The notes under the pieces were generated by a model. That model saw nothing but the letters and a program-made list of their open reading frames with translations, was not told the DNA's origin and searched no databases. The translations under genes and the position numbers were made by a program. A DNA stretch of 64,000 nt, taken from positions 151,387-215,386 of the IMG/VR virus record IMGVR_UViG_3300034158_000023; one strand, written 5' to 3'. Shown here one piece after another: positions 17,492 through 26,780 of this stretch (the first letter of the stretch is position 1; every line of letters starts with the position of its first letter).

Positions 17492-18898
17492 ATGAGACGT
17501 TTACCCCTCCGTGCAAAAGCAGGGTTAGAATCGGGCGACGGCGAGTTAGACTTGACATCTACAGACCCTGTAGACATGTCGGAGTTTGAATCTGAAGCTA
17601 GCGCTGTAGCCGAACACACCCGTGAGGTAACTGATGCCAATGAAGCAGTGATGGGCTTAGAAGCCATTGCTATGGGCATTCAGTCTACTCTGAAAGGCCG
17701 TGGTTTAGATCGTAATGCCGCTATGTTTGCTCACATCGCTACTGCTGCATATTGCGACCGTCTGCGTGTGAACAACCCATTGCCTTCTTTGGAAAACTTT
17801 GGTGCTACTACTTCACAGCTCACGATGACTCGTGCTGGCCTAGAAGATGTTAAGCAAAAGATCAAAGATGCTTGGAAATGGATCATTGATCTGTTACAGT
17901 CCGGCATCCGTAAAGTAAATGAGTATTATCAGCGTGTTTGGGCTCAAGCTCCACGTTTGATTACTAAAGCGCAAGCTATCTCTAAACAGGTGTCTGAACT
18001 GAAAACAGGTAAGTCTAAAGATGGTAAAAACATCGACGTAGACAAATCTTCTTTCACTACTGTACACGTAGCCAAAGCCGTAGATGGTGCTGGCCTTGTA
18101 GGTGGCATGAAGCAGTTAGAAAGCATCAGTGGTGATATCTTTGTTGATTACGTCAAGAAAGTTACTGACTGGGGCGATCAAGTCGTAACCAGTACTACTG
18201 ACATCGATTATGCTGATGACAACCGTTTCACTGAAACTGTCAATAAGCTGATGGAGCACAAGCTAGAAACTGATAAGTTAGTAGCTGCTGCAACTGTTGC
18301 TTCTCAAGCTGGTCCTAATGCAGGCGGTAAAGAAACTCCTGAAATTATGGGCGGCAAGAAAATCTTCGTTAAAATCGGTGCCGATGTATCTGCTGAGAAA
18401 GCTCCTGGTACTGAAGACGACCAAACTGGTACTGCTCCAGGCGCAGAAAAAACAGCTGGCGCTACTGTAGTCCTAGCCGATTGGCGTGGTTTCGTAAACC
18501 CATTATCTGATACACGTGTGTATTTAGGTTCTGCTTATGAAACTGAACCAGAGCTAAGCGACAAATCAGTTGCAACCTTTGAAGCTCAACAAATTGGTAG
18601 TATCGCAGCTTCTGCTGAAGCATTGTGTACTATTATTATGAACTACAAAGCAGGTAATAAGCGCGCCAATGATTTACGTCAAAAGGCCATTACCGCAGCT
18701 AAGCGTGCTCAAACTAACGCCGTCAAAGCTGACGACCTTAGCAAAGACAACGCGACAGTGGCTGGTCAGTTGAATAAAGTTGTTGCTGCTGTAAACACTT
18801 TGTTAACTCAGCCAAACCAAGAGTTCAGTGCGCACATGTTACGTGTCACTAACGTATGTCTGCAATTGTGTGAAAAGTCTTTAGCTAATTACAAATAA
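17492..18898 (+). CDS. phiKZ-like internal head protein (gp93-97 paralog family)
   Basis: Acidic propeptide with GLE sites, PSLENF and GLE|DVKQKIKDAWKWIIDLL amphipathic signature. Confidence 0.8.
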   Translation: MRRLPLRAKAGLESGDGELDLTSTDPVDMSEFESEASAVAEHTREVTDANEAVMGLEAIAMGIQSTLKGRGLDRNAAMFAHIATAAYCDRLRVNNPLPSLENFGATTSQLTMTRAGLEDVKQKIKDAWKWIIDLLQSGIRKVNEYYQRVWAQAPRLITKAQAISKQVSELKTGKSKDGKNIDVDKSSFTTVHVAKAVDGAGLVGGMKQLESISGDIFVDYVKKVTDWGDQVVTSTTDIDYADDNRFTETVNKLMEHKLETDKLVAAATVASQAGPNAGGKETPEIMGGKKIFVKIGADVSAEKAPGTEDDQTGTAPGAEKTAGATVVLADWRGFVNPLSDTRVYLGSAYETEPELSDKSVATFEAQQIGSIAASAEALCTIIMNYKAGNKRANDLRQKAITAAKRAQTNAVKADDLSKDNATVAGQLNKVVAAVNTLLTQPNQEFSAHMLRVTNVCLQLCEKSLANYK

Positions 18899-18984
18899 GT
18901 AATAGTTTGAGTCTTGGCACGTTAAACCCTGTTATGAGGAACATTATCAGTTCCTCACTAATTCTTTTTTGAAGGATACAATGT

Positions 18985-20337
18985 ATGAAATTACGTATTA
19001 ATGGCGCAAGCGGTTTTTCAGCTGGTTTAGAAGATGCAGAAGTTGAAGCTGGTATGTCAGAAGGCGAAGCTGCGATTGCTGCTGCTGAAACTGCTACTGA
19101 CGTAGCTGAAATCGAAAGCGACCTTACCAACGCCACTCGTCTTGAAGATCAAGCCGAAGGTATGGAAGACGCTGCTGAAGTTATCGACGGCATCGAACGC
19201 GCTACTCCAGGTGAAGTTCAACTTGCAGACGTGGCTTCTAGCCTAGCAACTGCTGGTACTGACGCTGAAGTTGAAATCTTCGAAGATGCTCCAGAAGGCG
19301 AAGCAGTATCTGTGGAATCTTTCACTAATCGTAAGATTGGTACTGAAGGTCTGAAAGAAATGGCTCAGAAGTTCTGGGCTGAAGTTAAGCGCCTTGTTGC
19401 CAAAGCTTGGGAAGCTATTCTCAAATTCTGGCGTAAAGTGACTGACCAAGTTCCAGGTGTTGTTAAAGCTGCTCGTTCTCTGCGTACTCGCGCTGAAGAT
19501 GCCGCTGGTAAATCACTTAAGTCTGAAGACAAGAAACTCAAAGCTGGCTCTGCTGGTTTAGCGTTAGTCTTAGGCGACAGTTACCCAACTTCTGCTGGCG
19601 ATGTTACTAAAGCCGTTGAAAACATGACTGCTGTAGCTAAAATCGTTTTAGATGCTGATGCTAAATCAGTACACGAAGGCGGCGAAGCTTTACAATCTGC
19701 TATCAACGATTTCGATGTTGAGAAAGCAGAAGAGTCACTGAAGAAAGTAACTGACAAAGTTAAAGCTGGCGGTTTCGGTCAATCTGGCGCATGTAAAACT
19801 GCAATCGGTTCAGACAGCCGTTACGGTAACGGTTTAACTGCAACTAAGTCTGTTGATCTTCCAGGCGGCGTGATCCTTGTTGCTTCTAAAGCACCAAATG
19901 AATCTAACGGTGGTCTGTTAGGTTGGGCTGCTGCGTTACGTTCACAATCAGTTGCCGTTGTACACCACAACGACAAAGACAAAAAGTCTATCACTGAGAA
20001 AGACGTAACTACCTTGTCTCTGCAAGAGATCAAGAAAGTTGCTGATCAAGCCGAAGATCTTGCACTGGTTGTTAAAGGTTTCCAAGAGAAGCATTTACGT
20101 AAACTGGAACAAGCATCTAACAAGATGAAAGGCGCTGGTGACAAAGTTGCGAAACAAGTCACTGAAGAAACTCCAGCTCTTGCTCAAAAGCAATATCAAG
20201 CCGCTCTGCGTTTCGTTACTGCATACGCTGCATGGTCTGCTTCTCCATTCAACCGTATCGCACAGATGTCTCTGACAACTGCTCGCGCTGCTATTGAAGT
20301 GGGTAACAAGTCTGTTGGTAAATACTCAGCTGCTTAA
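18985..20337 (+). CDS. phiKZ-like internal head protein (gp93-97 paralog family), probably abundant
   Basis: Ala/Glu-rich propeptide, SVE|SF and GTE|GLKEMAQKFWAEVKRLVAKAW; strongly biased codons; paralog of 17492-18898. Confidence 0.8.
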   Translation: MKLRINGASGFSAGLEDAEVEAGMSEGEAAIAAAETATDVAEIESDLTNATRLEDQAEGMEDAAEVIDGIERATPGEVQLADVASSLATAGTDAEVEIFEDAPEGEAVSVESFTNRKIGTEGLKEMAQKFWAEVKRLVAKAWEAILKFWRKVTDQVPGVVKAARSLRTRAEDAAGKSLKSEDKKLKAGSAGLALVLGDSYPTSAGDVTKAVENMTAVAKIVLDADAKSVHEGGEALQSAINDFDVEKAEESLKKVTDKVKAGGFGQSGACKTAIGSDSRYGNGLTATKSVDLPGGVILVASKAPNESNGGLLGWAAALRSQSVAVVHHNDKDKKSITEKDVTTLSLQEIKKVADQAEDLALVVKGFQEKHLRKLEQASNKMKGAGDKVAKQVTEETPALAQKQYQAALRFVTAYAAWSASPFNRIAQMSLTTARAAIEVGNKSVGKYSAA

Positions 20338-20360
20338 TCGCACTCGGGTATTGAAATGAG

Positions 20361-20390
20361 GAAGGGGGCTTCGGCTCCCTTCTTTTGCCG
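20361..20390 (+). terminator. Intrinsic terminator
   Basis: GAAGGGGGC-TTCG-GCTCCCTTC, then TTTTGCC. Confidence 0.75.
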
Positions 20391-20442
20391 TCAGTTATAA
20401 ATTACCACAGAGCCTAATGGTGTAGGCAACTGAGGAGGCACT

Positions 20443-20724
20443 ATGCGCCAAATATACACCACTGATAAAATCCTAAAGTTATTTAAATGGTTAAATAGTC
20501 TACCTAAAGAAAGATTACCATTTGTACCAGTGACAGATAATGAGTTGGAAGAACTACTTGTTCTAGGTACCAACTTCGATGTATTGGAACCAATTCCTGA
20601 CACTTTTGCAGACGTACGCGTTAACATGCATGGGTTTACACTAAGGTGCCGACATGGAAGGCTATCTATTTTTACCTGTAAAGATGACGTATTAAAACTG
20701 TATGTATTGAAGGGGGCTAAGTGA
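20443..20724 (+). CDS. Hypothetical protein (93 aa)
   Basis: GAGGAGG SD; stop overlaps the next start. Confidence 0.65.
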   Translation: MRQIYTTDKILKLFKWLNSLPKERLPFVPVTDNELEELLVLGTNFDVLEPIPDTFADVRVNMHGFTLRCRHGRLSIFTCKDDVLKLYVLKGAK

Positions 20725-21194
20725 TGTTGATATGGACTACAAGTGGGATGATGGAACATGACCATAATGCAGATGGGGTATTGTACCTTAACTGCTATAG
20801 CCAAGCCTCCACTCAGTTAGGTAGGGATCTATCTAACTTTGCTAGTTTAGGGTTTACTATTCCAGGCGTGGGAAGGTTTGCATCTATGGAAGGACTTTGG
20901 CATTGGGTAGCAACTGGTAAGAAGTATCCTGAGTTCATGAGCATGAACGGATACAAAGCTAAGATGGCTAGTCGTAGCTACAAGAAAGTACATAACCCTA
21001 ACTTTGAGCAGGATATCTGTGCTGGAGTAGAAGCTAAACTAACTCAGAACCCAACTCTACTTCAAGCTTTGATTGCTAATAAATTACCGTTAGCACATTT
21101 TCGTTTTAACCATCAGCAATTAATGGACATCCCTCCTGATCAAATGTTCTGGTTAGAGGCTATCGACAATGTTAGACGATGTTATGATTTCTAA
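20721..21194 (+). CDS. NADAR-superfamily / T4 gp30.3-like protein
   Basis: LGRDLSNFA...F..MEGLW...G and terminal AKLTQNP..L..L follow the NADAR/gp30.3 pattern (LSNF...F.s.Eg; K..QN). Confidence 0.55.
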   Translation: MMLIWTTSGMMEHDHNADGVLYLNCYSQASTQLGRDLSNFASLGFTIPGVGRFASMEGLWHWVATGKKYPEFMSMNGYKAKMASRSYKKVHNPNFEQDICAGVEAKLTQNPTLLQALIANKLPLAHFRFNHQQLMDIPPDQMFWLEAIDNVRRCYDF

Positions 21195-21216
21195 TACCTG
21201 ATTCAAAGGAGTTCCC

Positions 21217-22767
21217 ATGCCCGCATTAGCACTACCCGTGGTTGAGACGTACAACGCCATAGAAAGACCTGTAGCCGTAGATATCGCTAAACGCCTAGCA
21301 AGTATATCAGGGTTAGATGTACCGATCATTATAAGCTTCCCAGGAGCTAATGACGCCATGCCTCTTTTCGATAGCCGCTTACAGCAAGATAAGAATGCTG
21401 ATAGTGCTGTCTATAAGAACCGCAGTAAGTTTTCTATTACAGTAACTGAAAGTTATTTGGAAGGTACGGAACTCAACACTATCGTTAGATCACGTGATGC
21501 TCCAGTTTTATTTGCCGATGAAGCACTGGGTGTAGAAATGTATCCAGTGTACAGTGCTACTGAAGTAAGAATGTCATTTACCTATCGTGCTCAGGATAGA
21601 CGTGAAGCTGAAATCTTTAGAGACCAATACCGAATCAAACTAGCTGAAGGTGTGCGTGAGTTAGTAATGTCTGCTGCGTATGAAATACCTGTACCTAAAG
21701 AGTATCTAATGATACTCAAGCAGATACACACTCTACGTGAAAAGCAAGGAGGGTACGGGGAGACTTGGGCTAAGTGGATGAACACTAACTTAAGTCCTAA
21801 AGCTACGGTTTTAACCACCATGGCTGGTACTGAACCTTTGTTAGTTTTTAAAGAAAGACAAGAAGGGATTTTAGGTTACTGGGATTTTGATTTACCTCCA
21901 GAACATTCGAAGGGTGAAACTGGCAGTACTTACGAATTAACCATGGATTTCATTTACACTTATGAAAAGCCTATCAACTTTGTTTTACGTTATCCTCTGG
22001 TGGTACATAACCAGATGTTGCCTAAGCGATTTGTGCCTGCAAGAAACTTAAAGTATTATTCTCGCATGGAAGGTACTAAAAGTGAAACTAATGCAGCGTA
22101 TGACATGTTCCGTAAACTGTCAGGGTATTATTACAACACCTTAGATGGAATCTCTCAGCCTTTTGCAGACGAGTTCTCACCTAGAACAGTAATGCCTAAT
22201 ATGTTTAACGCTCTCACACAGCTTATACGCGTTGATTTACAAAACCCTAGGCAAGTTATCAACCTGAAGGAATTCTATCCTTACAGAGCTTCCCAAGGCG
22301 TTCTAGACGCACTAACTCTGTTCCAGTCGACAGTGGCTGTACCTTACATGTCTCCTTTTACGTTATGTCTATTTGAAAACGGTGTTAGGGTACATGAATC
22401 TAAGGTTGTAATGGATGCTGAGTTTAATGTTAGCACTAACTACGACATGGACATTCGCAAGACTTACCATTTAGGTATCTACTTGCTAATCAATCCAGCG
22501 TTGTTACAACCAGCAGCAGAATCTACCCTACTGAACAATCCAACTATTTGTTTAAACTATGCTGATACCCTAAGATGCCTATCAGATGAACCTAACTATG
22601 AAATAGAAGTATTAGCTGACCGATTAGTGAATCGTAACAGTTGGTGGTATTTTGTACGTACACTTAGAAGTGTGCATTCGGTTTATCGAAATAAGATTTG
22701 GCAATCTTGGAATTTAGTTGCTAGTTGTACAGTAGTCACTGAGGTAAAAACAAATGCCACCATTTGA
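21217..22767 (+). CDS. Virion structural protein (phiKZ gp98/99-like region)
   Basis: 516 aa; N-terminus MP..LP..ETYNAIERP typical of this conserved family; synteny. Confidence 0.6.
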   Translation: MPALALPVVETYNAIERPVAVDIAKRLASISGLDVPIIISFPGANDAMPLFDSRLQQDKNADSAVYKNRSKFSITVTESYLEGTELNTIVRSRDAPVLFADEALGVEMYPVYSATEVRMSFTYRAQDRREAEIFRDQYRIKLAEGVRELVMSAAYEIPVPKEYLMILKQIHTLREKQGGYGETWAKWMNTNLSPKATVLTTMAGTEPLLVFKERQEGILGYWDFDLPPEHSKGETGSTYELTMDFIYTYEKPINFVLRYPLVVHNQMLPKRFVPARNLKYYSRMEGTKSETNAAYDMFRKLSGYYYNTLDGISQPFADEFSPRTVMPNMFNALTQLIRVDLQNPRQVINLKEFYPYRASQGVLDALTLFQSTVAVPYMSPFTLCLFENGVRVHESKVVMDAEFNVSTNYDMDIRKTYHLGIYLLINPALLQPAAESTLLNNPTICLNYADTLRCLSDEPNYEIEVLADRLVNRNSWWYFVRTLRSVHSVYRNKIWQSWNLVASCTVVTEVKTNATI

Positions 22768-24115
22768 ATTAGATAATGAAAGCGGGGTTGTTGATAACAA
22801 AAACCCTAATGATGCACCAGCTCCTTATCAGACGACGGCAGTAGATAACGCCTATAGTCCAGTGCGTAGTTTATTAACCCACGTAGAAGGTGCTAAGTGG
22901 GTACTGGACGATTACTTTAGCCAATACTTAGGTATGGATCAAGCAGTCGATCAACAGAACGTTAACTCAGTTGCAGTTTACCAGCAGTACTTGCGCATTA
23001 AAGAATTTGAAATGCGGGTTAGCTCACCGCTAGACATTTCATCTGATACTAGTAGCCGTGAATTCCAATTAGTTGGTTCAGCCACTATGTACCCAGGTTT
23101 CATCCCCAACAAAGGCGATATGTTTGTTGCCATGATTGGAGATGGTCGTAAAATGTTGTTTACTCTAACCGACATAGAAAAGAAAACTATGTTGTTAGAT
23201 GCGGTGTATGAAGTCAGTTACGAGAGTGTGGATTATCTAAGTCCAGACTTAGAACAAAACTTGCTGTCCAAAGTAGTTAAGACAGTAACTTTTGTAAAAG
23301 AGTTTATGGCGTTAGGTAATACCCCATTCCTAGTGGATAGTGAATACTCTACTCTAAAAGAGTTAAGAGAATGGATCCATAAATTACCATTGGAATATGT
23401 AAGAGAGTTCTTCGATGAAGAGTTCTCTACCTTCTTGATCCCAGGACAAGATAAACCAATGTACGATCCATTTATTGTGAAGTTTGCTAAAGCTACGATG
23501 TCTACTCATCAAGAACCTTTATGGGCTCGTGTGAGAGAACACAACTGCGATAACGGTAGAGACAGTGGATATACAACTATCCTAGACACTCTGTTGGAAA
23601 CCAACGAACGTGGTTTAGATTTTGTGCAGCAGTTCTTTGCGGTGTTCTTTGTTCGCGGGCAACATCGAAACACTACGTTTGGAACAGTGACGTATTCTGG
23701 TATAGATAACGTCTACTATCCTAAAGGTAATGATTCACTTGGTTACCTTAATGAGAACGTGCCATTTAAACCTTCCCCACCGCGTGAGTTTAATCGCCCG
23801 ATAGATTTAAGTATTGTTATCTCTGATACCACTCTGGAAGGGCTAACAGCACCAGACATGATTTCTGTAGACTCTATACGTCCTGTGACTGTAGATAACT
23901 ATTACATACTTTCCAAAGCGTTCTATGAGAGTGATCAGGCTAACATGTCAGCATTAGAATTGTTGTTGCATGCTACGTATTACTCAAAACCTTTATGCCA
24001 CTTCACGCTGTTGAATTTATGTAAGAAGTCGGTGTACTGGGGAGTGTTAGAACGATTCTATTACTTACCACTGTTGCAGTTCTTATTGGTGGTTTCTAAG
24101 AAGGATGTAAACTAA
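22754..24115 (+). CDS. Virion structural protein (phiKZ gp101-like)
   Basis: LLTHVEGAKWVLDDYFSQ...YQQYLRI..FEMRV motif; synteny. Confidence 0.6.
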   Translation: MPPFELDNESGVVDNKNPNDAPAPYQTTAVDNAYSPVRSLLTHVEGAKWVLDDYFSQYLGMDQAVDQQNVNSVAVYQQYLRIKEFEMRVSSPLDISSDTSSREFQLVGSATMYPGFIPNKGDMFVAMIGDGRKMLFTLTDIEKKTMLLDAVYEVSYESVDYLSPDLEQNLLSKVVKTVTFVKEFMALGNTPFLVDSEYSTLKELREWIHKLPLEYVREFFDEEFSTFLIPGQDKPMYDPFIVKFAKATMSTHQEPLWARVREHNCDNGRDSGYTTILDTLLETNERGLDFVQQFFAVFFVRGQHRNTTFGTVTYSGIDNVYYPKGNDSLGYLNENVPFKPSPPREFNRPIDLSIVISDTTLEGLTAPDMISVDSIRPVTVDNYYILSKAFYESDQANMSALELLLHATYYSKPLCHFTLLNLCKKSVYWGVLERFYYLPLLQFLLVVSKKDVN

Positions 24116-24703
24116 ATGGAATACAAATGCGAACAAGATACTCCAGCGTGGAAACTATTCCATACTGAATTTCTAGTTAGTATCCCTGCGGCTCACGTAC
24201 GATCAGCCCATGATCAAAAAGTGTTTGGCTTTGTTAGTACCGGAGATTCTGAGTACGATAAACAGTTAGCTCATGCACACACGAAAGTGTACCGGAAGAT
24301 CCCCGAGTTAGCTGAACTGTTAGATGCTGGAGTAAACCCTAACATTCTTAACCCAGATAACCAGATCCCTCGGATGACTGAGTTGATCAAAGCGCATATC
24401 CAAGAGATTGATAACTTACAAAGTGGTCGATACTCCAGGGTGCGTCCGGAGGATGAATTAGATCCTGAGGTATTGGAAGAACTCCAGTTATTGGAAAAGT
24501 TCTCTGCGTGGATGAATAAAGTCCCACGGGATGAAAAGCCTATCGACAACTCGCCAAAAGGTTACGCAGCTTATTTGCAGCGCTTCAAGCTTATGTCTAT
24601 GGGTGGCTTAGAAGGTGCTCCACCATCTGTCCCTATTAAACCGTTCACAAACGCTGACAGCGGGTTTACTAAGAAAGGACTAAGGAGAATACCTAGATGG
24701 TAG
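24116..24703 (+). CDS. Conserved hypothetical protein (195 aa)
   Basis: ORF coupled to both neighbours; synteny with the phiKZ-like core. Confidence 0.65.
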   Translation: MEYKCEQDTPAWKLFHTEFLVSIPAAHVRSAHDQKVFGFVSTGDSEYDKQLAHAHTKVYRKIPELAELLDAGVNPNILNPDNQIPRMTELIKAHIQEIDNLQSGRYSRVRPEDELDPEVLEELQLLEKFSAWMNKVPRDEKPIDNSPKGYAAYLQRFKLMSMGGLEGAPPSVPIKPFTNADSGFTKKGLRRIPRW

Positions 24704-26016
24704 TAAAAAGCCTCACAACGCATGCTGAGGTAGTTAAATCTATCCAGGCCGATACCTACCCAACTTACTTTGAATACAAGTGTCAGTTCACAGTCAATGG
24801 TTTAGTGATCGACACTTTAAAAACTGTGGAGATAGATATAGCCGAAGACTATGCGAATGGTTATGGGGCTGCTATCATAATCTCTGTGGCCATGATTTTA
24901 GATGACTACATGCAGAAGGTTTATCCTAATCGGAATGCGTTAACCTGTACTCTGGTTAAAAAGGCGGTTACAACTGGAGTTACAGCTGTAACTCCTTTGA
25001 TGTCTACTACGGTAGAGTATTCCGTGGTGCCATTAGACAACGTTGACATGGCTGCATCTGCTAAAGTTAACTTTGATGGTAAGTTAGGGATAGGAACATT
25101 TAAGTTCCAGTTGATCCCATTACCTTTAGAGAAACTTAGACTAGAAACTGTCAGTGGGGTATATCCGGAAGCCGCAGCGATTGATGTACTTAAAGTGTTA
25201 CTAGGTAATGCTACCCGTAAACGAGCTACAAACAGTTCTAACGCGTTTACTGGGTTTGCCGCTACCGAGCCACCTAAAGAGATCAAAGTAAAGCCACAGC
25301 TGATAATTAAGCCCACTAACGTGCTTGATCTACCTACGTACTTACAGAAACATTGTGGTGGTATCTACAACCATGGTATTGGTTGTTATTTCTACAATAC
25401 TTTCTGGTATATATACCCACTGTACGATTGCACTAGATACGATAGAGCAAAACGCACTTTGGATATTGCAGTACTGCCCCAACAACAAACTATCGGCATA
25501 GATAAAACTTATGCTTACGTTAACAACCGAGCATTTATTTTAATCACTGCTGAGTTCCAAGAAACAGATAACCGAGATGTAAAAATGTTAAACAAGGGTA
25601 ATGGCGTTAGGTTCTCTAATGCTACTATCATGTTTGATGAGTTTACTACTCGTGGTGGAAACAAAGCTACTACTGATATCACTAAGAACGTTTCACAGTT
25701 TGTTTTAAGTGAACGTGAAACAGGTGACCAGTATGCTCCATTCAGTGATAATGAGATTACTGATAACGTAGCGCAGGAACTGTCTAAGCTAAGTGCTAGA
25801 ATGGGGACGGAAGTAACTATGCGATGGAAGTATGCTAACCCTGATATCCTATATCCTGGGATGCCAGTCAAAGTACACTTCCCCGTAGAAGGTGGGGTTA
25901 AAGAAAGGTTAGGGGTATTGTTAGCTATACAAACATATGGCCGTACTTTACAACCAGAAATGACTGCAATGAAAGTAGGTATGGAAGTTGCATTAAAGTT
26001 ATTCTTAGCTGACTAA
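24697..26016 (+). CDS. Conserved phiKZ-like protein (gp104-like position)
   Basis: 439 aa; YLQKHCGGIYNHGIGCY motif; terminator downstream. Confidence 0.6.
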   Translation: MVVKSLTTHAEVVKSIQADTYPTYFEYKCQFTVNGLVIDTLKTVEIDIAEDYANGYGAAIIISVAMILDDYMQKVYPNRNALTCTLVKKAVTTGVTAVTPLMSTTVEYSVVPLDNVDMAASAKVNFDGKLGIGTFKFQLIPLPLEKLRLETVSGVYPEAAAIDVLKVLLGNATRKRATNSSNAFTGFAATEPPKEIKVKPQLIIKPTNVLDLPTYLQKHCGGIYNHGIGCYFYNTFWYIYPLYDCTRYDRAKRTLDIAVLPQQQTIGIDKTYAYVNNRAFILITAEFQETDNRDVKMLNKGNGVRFSNATIMFDEFTTRGGNKATTDITKNVSQFVLSERETGDQYAPFSDNEITDNVAQELSKLSARMGTEVTMRWKYANPDILYPGMPVKVHFPVEGGVKERLGVLLAIQTYGRTLQPEMTAMKVGMEVALKLFLAD

Positions 26017-26053
26017 CATAAACTGGGAGGACTGCTAGTCCTCCCATTATGCC
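26017..26053 (+). terminator. Hairpin followed by TTATGCC
   Basis: CATAA-ACTGGGAGG-ACTGCTAGT-CCTCCCA-TTATGCC. Confidence 0.65.
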
Positions 26054-26057
26054 GTGA

Positions 26058-26085
26058 CTGGAAAACTTTCTAAATATATATTGTT
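26058..26085 (+). promoter_or_regulatory. Putative early promoter
   Basis: CTGGAAAA-N11-TATATTG. Confidence 0.55.
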
Positions 26086-26087
26086 TT

Positions 26088-26124
26088 AGTAGTAAGAAAG
26101 CATAAAGCTTTCTATTCATAAAAC
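26088..26124 (+). repeat. 37-nt leader repeat with hairpin, copy 1
   Basis: AGTAGTAAGAAAGCATAAAGCTTTCTATTCATAAAAC, identical to 63062-63098; contains hairpin AGAAAGC-ATAAA-GCTTTCT. Confidence 0.9.
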
Positions 26125-26140
26125 AATAAAGGGTATTACC

Positions 26141-26230
26141 ATGAACAAATTCGAAAAGTTTGTTGAGCGCAACCAAGAAGTTCTACTGTTAATCTCTGCC
26201 GTGATTGGGTTGATGTACAAATATATTTAG
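26141..26230 (+). CDS. 29-aa small peptide with hydrophobic C-terminal half (absent from the ORF track)
   Basis: MNKFEKFVERNQEVLLLISAVIGLMYKYI; AAAGGG SD; directly behind the early promoter and 37-nt leader. Confidence 0.6.
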   Translation: MNKFEKFVERNQEVLLLISAVIGLMYKYI

Positions 26231-26301
26231 TTTAATTATATGGGAGGTAGTGCACTTAAGTGCGCACCTCCTAAACCTATATTTTTTGCCGGAGGTGTAA
26301 A

Positions 26302-26556
26302 ATGAGTAAACGTAAAGTTGAATTAAACTTCGATACTGAAGCAGGTATTCCAGATGCTGTTGCTACTGTACGCCCTATCAACGGACAAACAGAAACCGCA
26401 GTAAGAGTGTATGTCGTAGGTGAAGGTGAAGACCTAGCCGTAGAAGAATTAATAGAGGAAGTTAGACAGCAGTTATCCGCTGATGGCGTATACGTCATGA
26501 CCTCCCTTAAAATTCCAACTACTGAGACACACGCATGGAAATCTATTACCCATTAA
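26302..26556 (+). CDS. Hypothetical protein (84 aa)
   Basis: Strong GGAGGT SD 5 nt before the ATG. Confidence 0.7.
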   Translation: MSKRKVELNFDTEAGIPDAVATVRPINGQTETAVRVYVVGEGEDLAVEELIEEVRQQLSADGVYVMTSLKIPTTETHAWKSITH

Positions 26557-26780
26557 TCGCTAGACTTAAGATGACTATGCTAATCGTTGGGTTAGTATGG
26601 TCATTGGCTTATGCCGCTGTAGCGGTAGAGAAGAAAAATAAAATGATGGTCATAGAGGATGTCGTGGTAGAAGCATCATATGAAAACCATCTGTATAATA
26701 AAAGGATTTCCAATGATTCACAGCATAAATCTGACATGTACAAGAAGCAAAGAAGCAAGCCAGTATTCCATGTACATTGA
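26535..26780 (+). CDS. Hypothetical small protein; start uncertain
   Basis: ORF fills the gap between neighbours; alternative starts at MTMLIVG (signal-peptide-like) or MMVIED. Confidence 0.35.
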   Translation: MEIYYPLIARLKMTMLIVGLVWSLAYAAVAVEKKNKMMVIEDVVVEASYENHLYNKRISNDSQHKSDMYKKQRSKPVFHVH

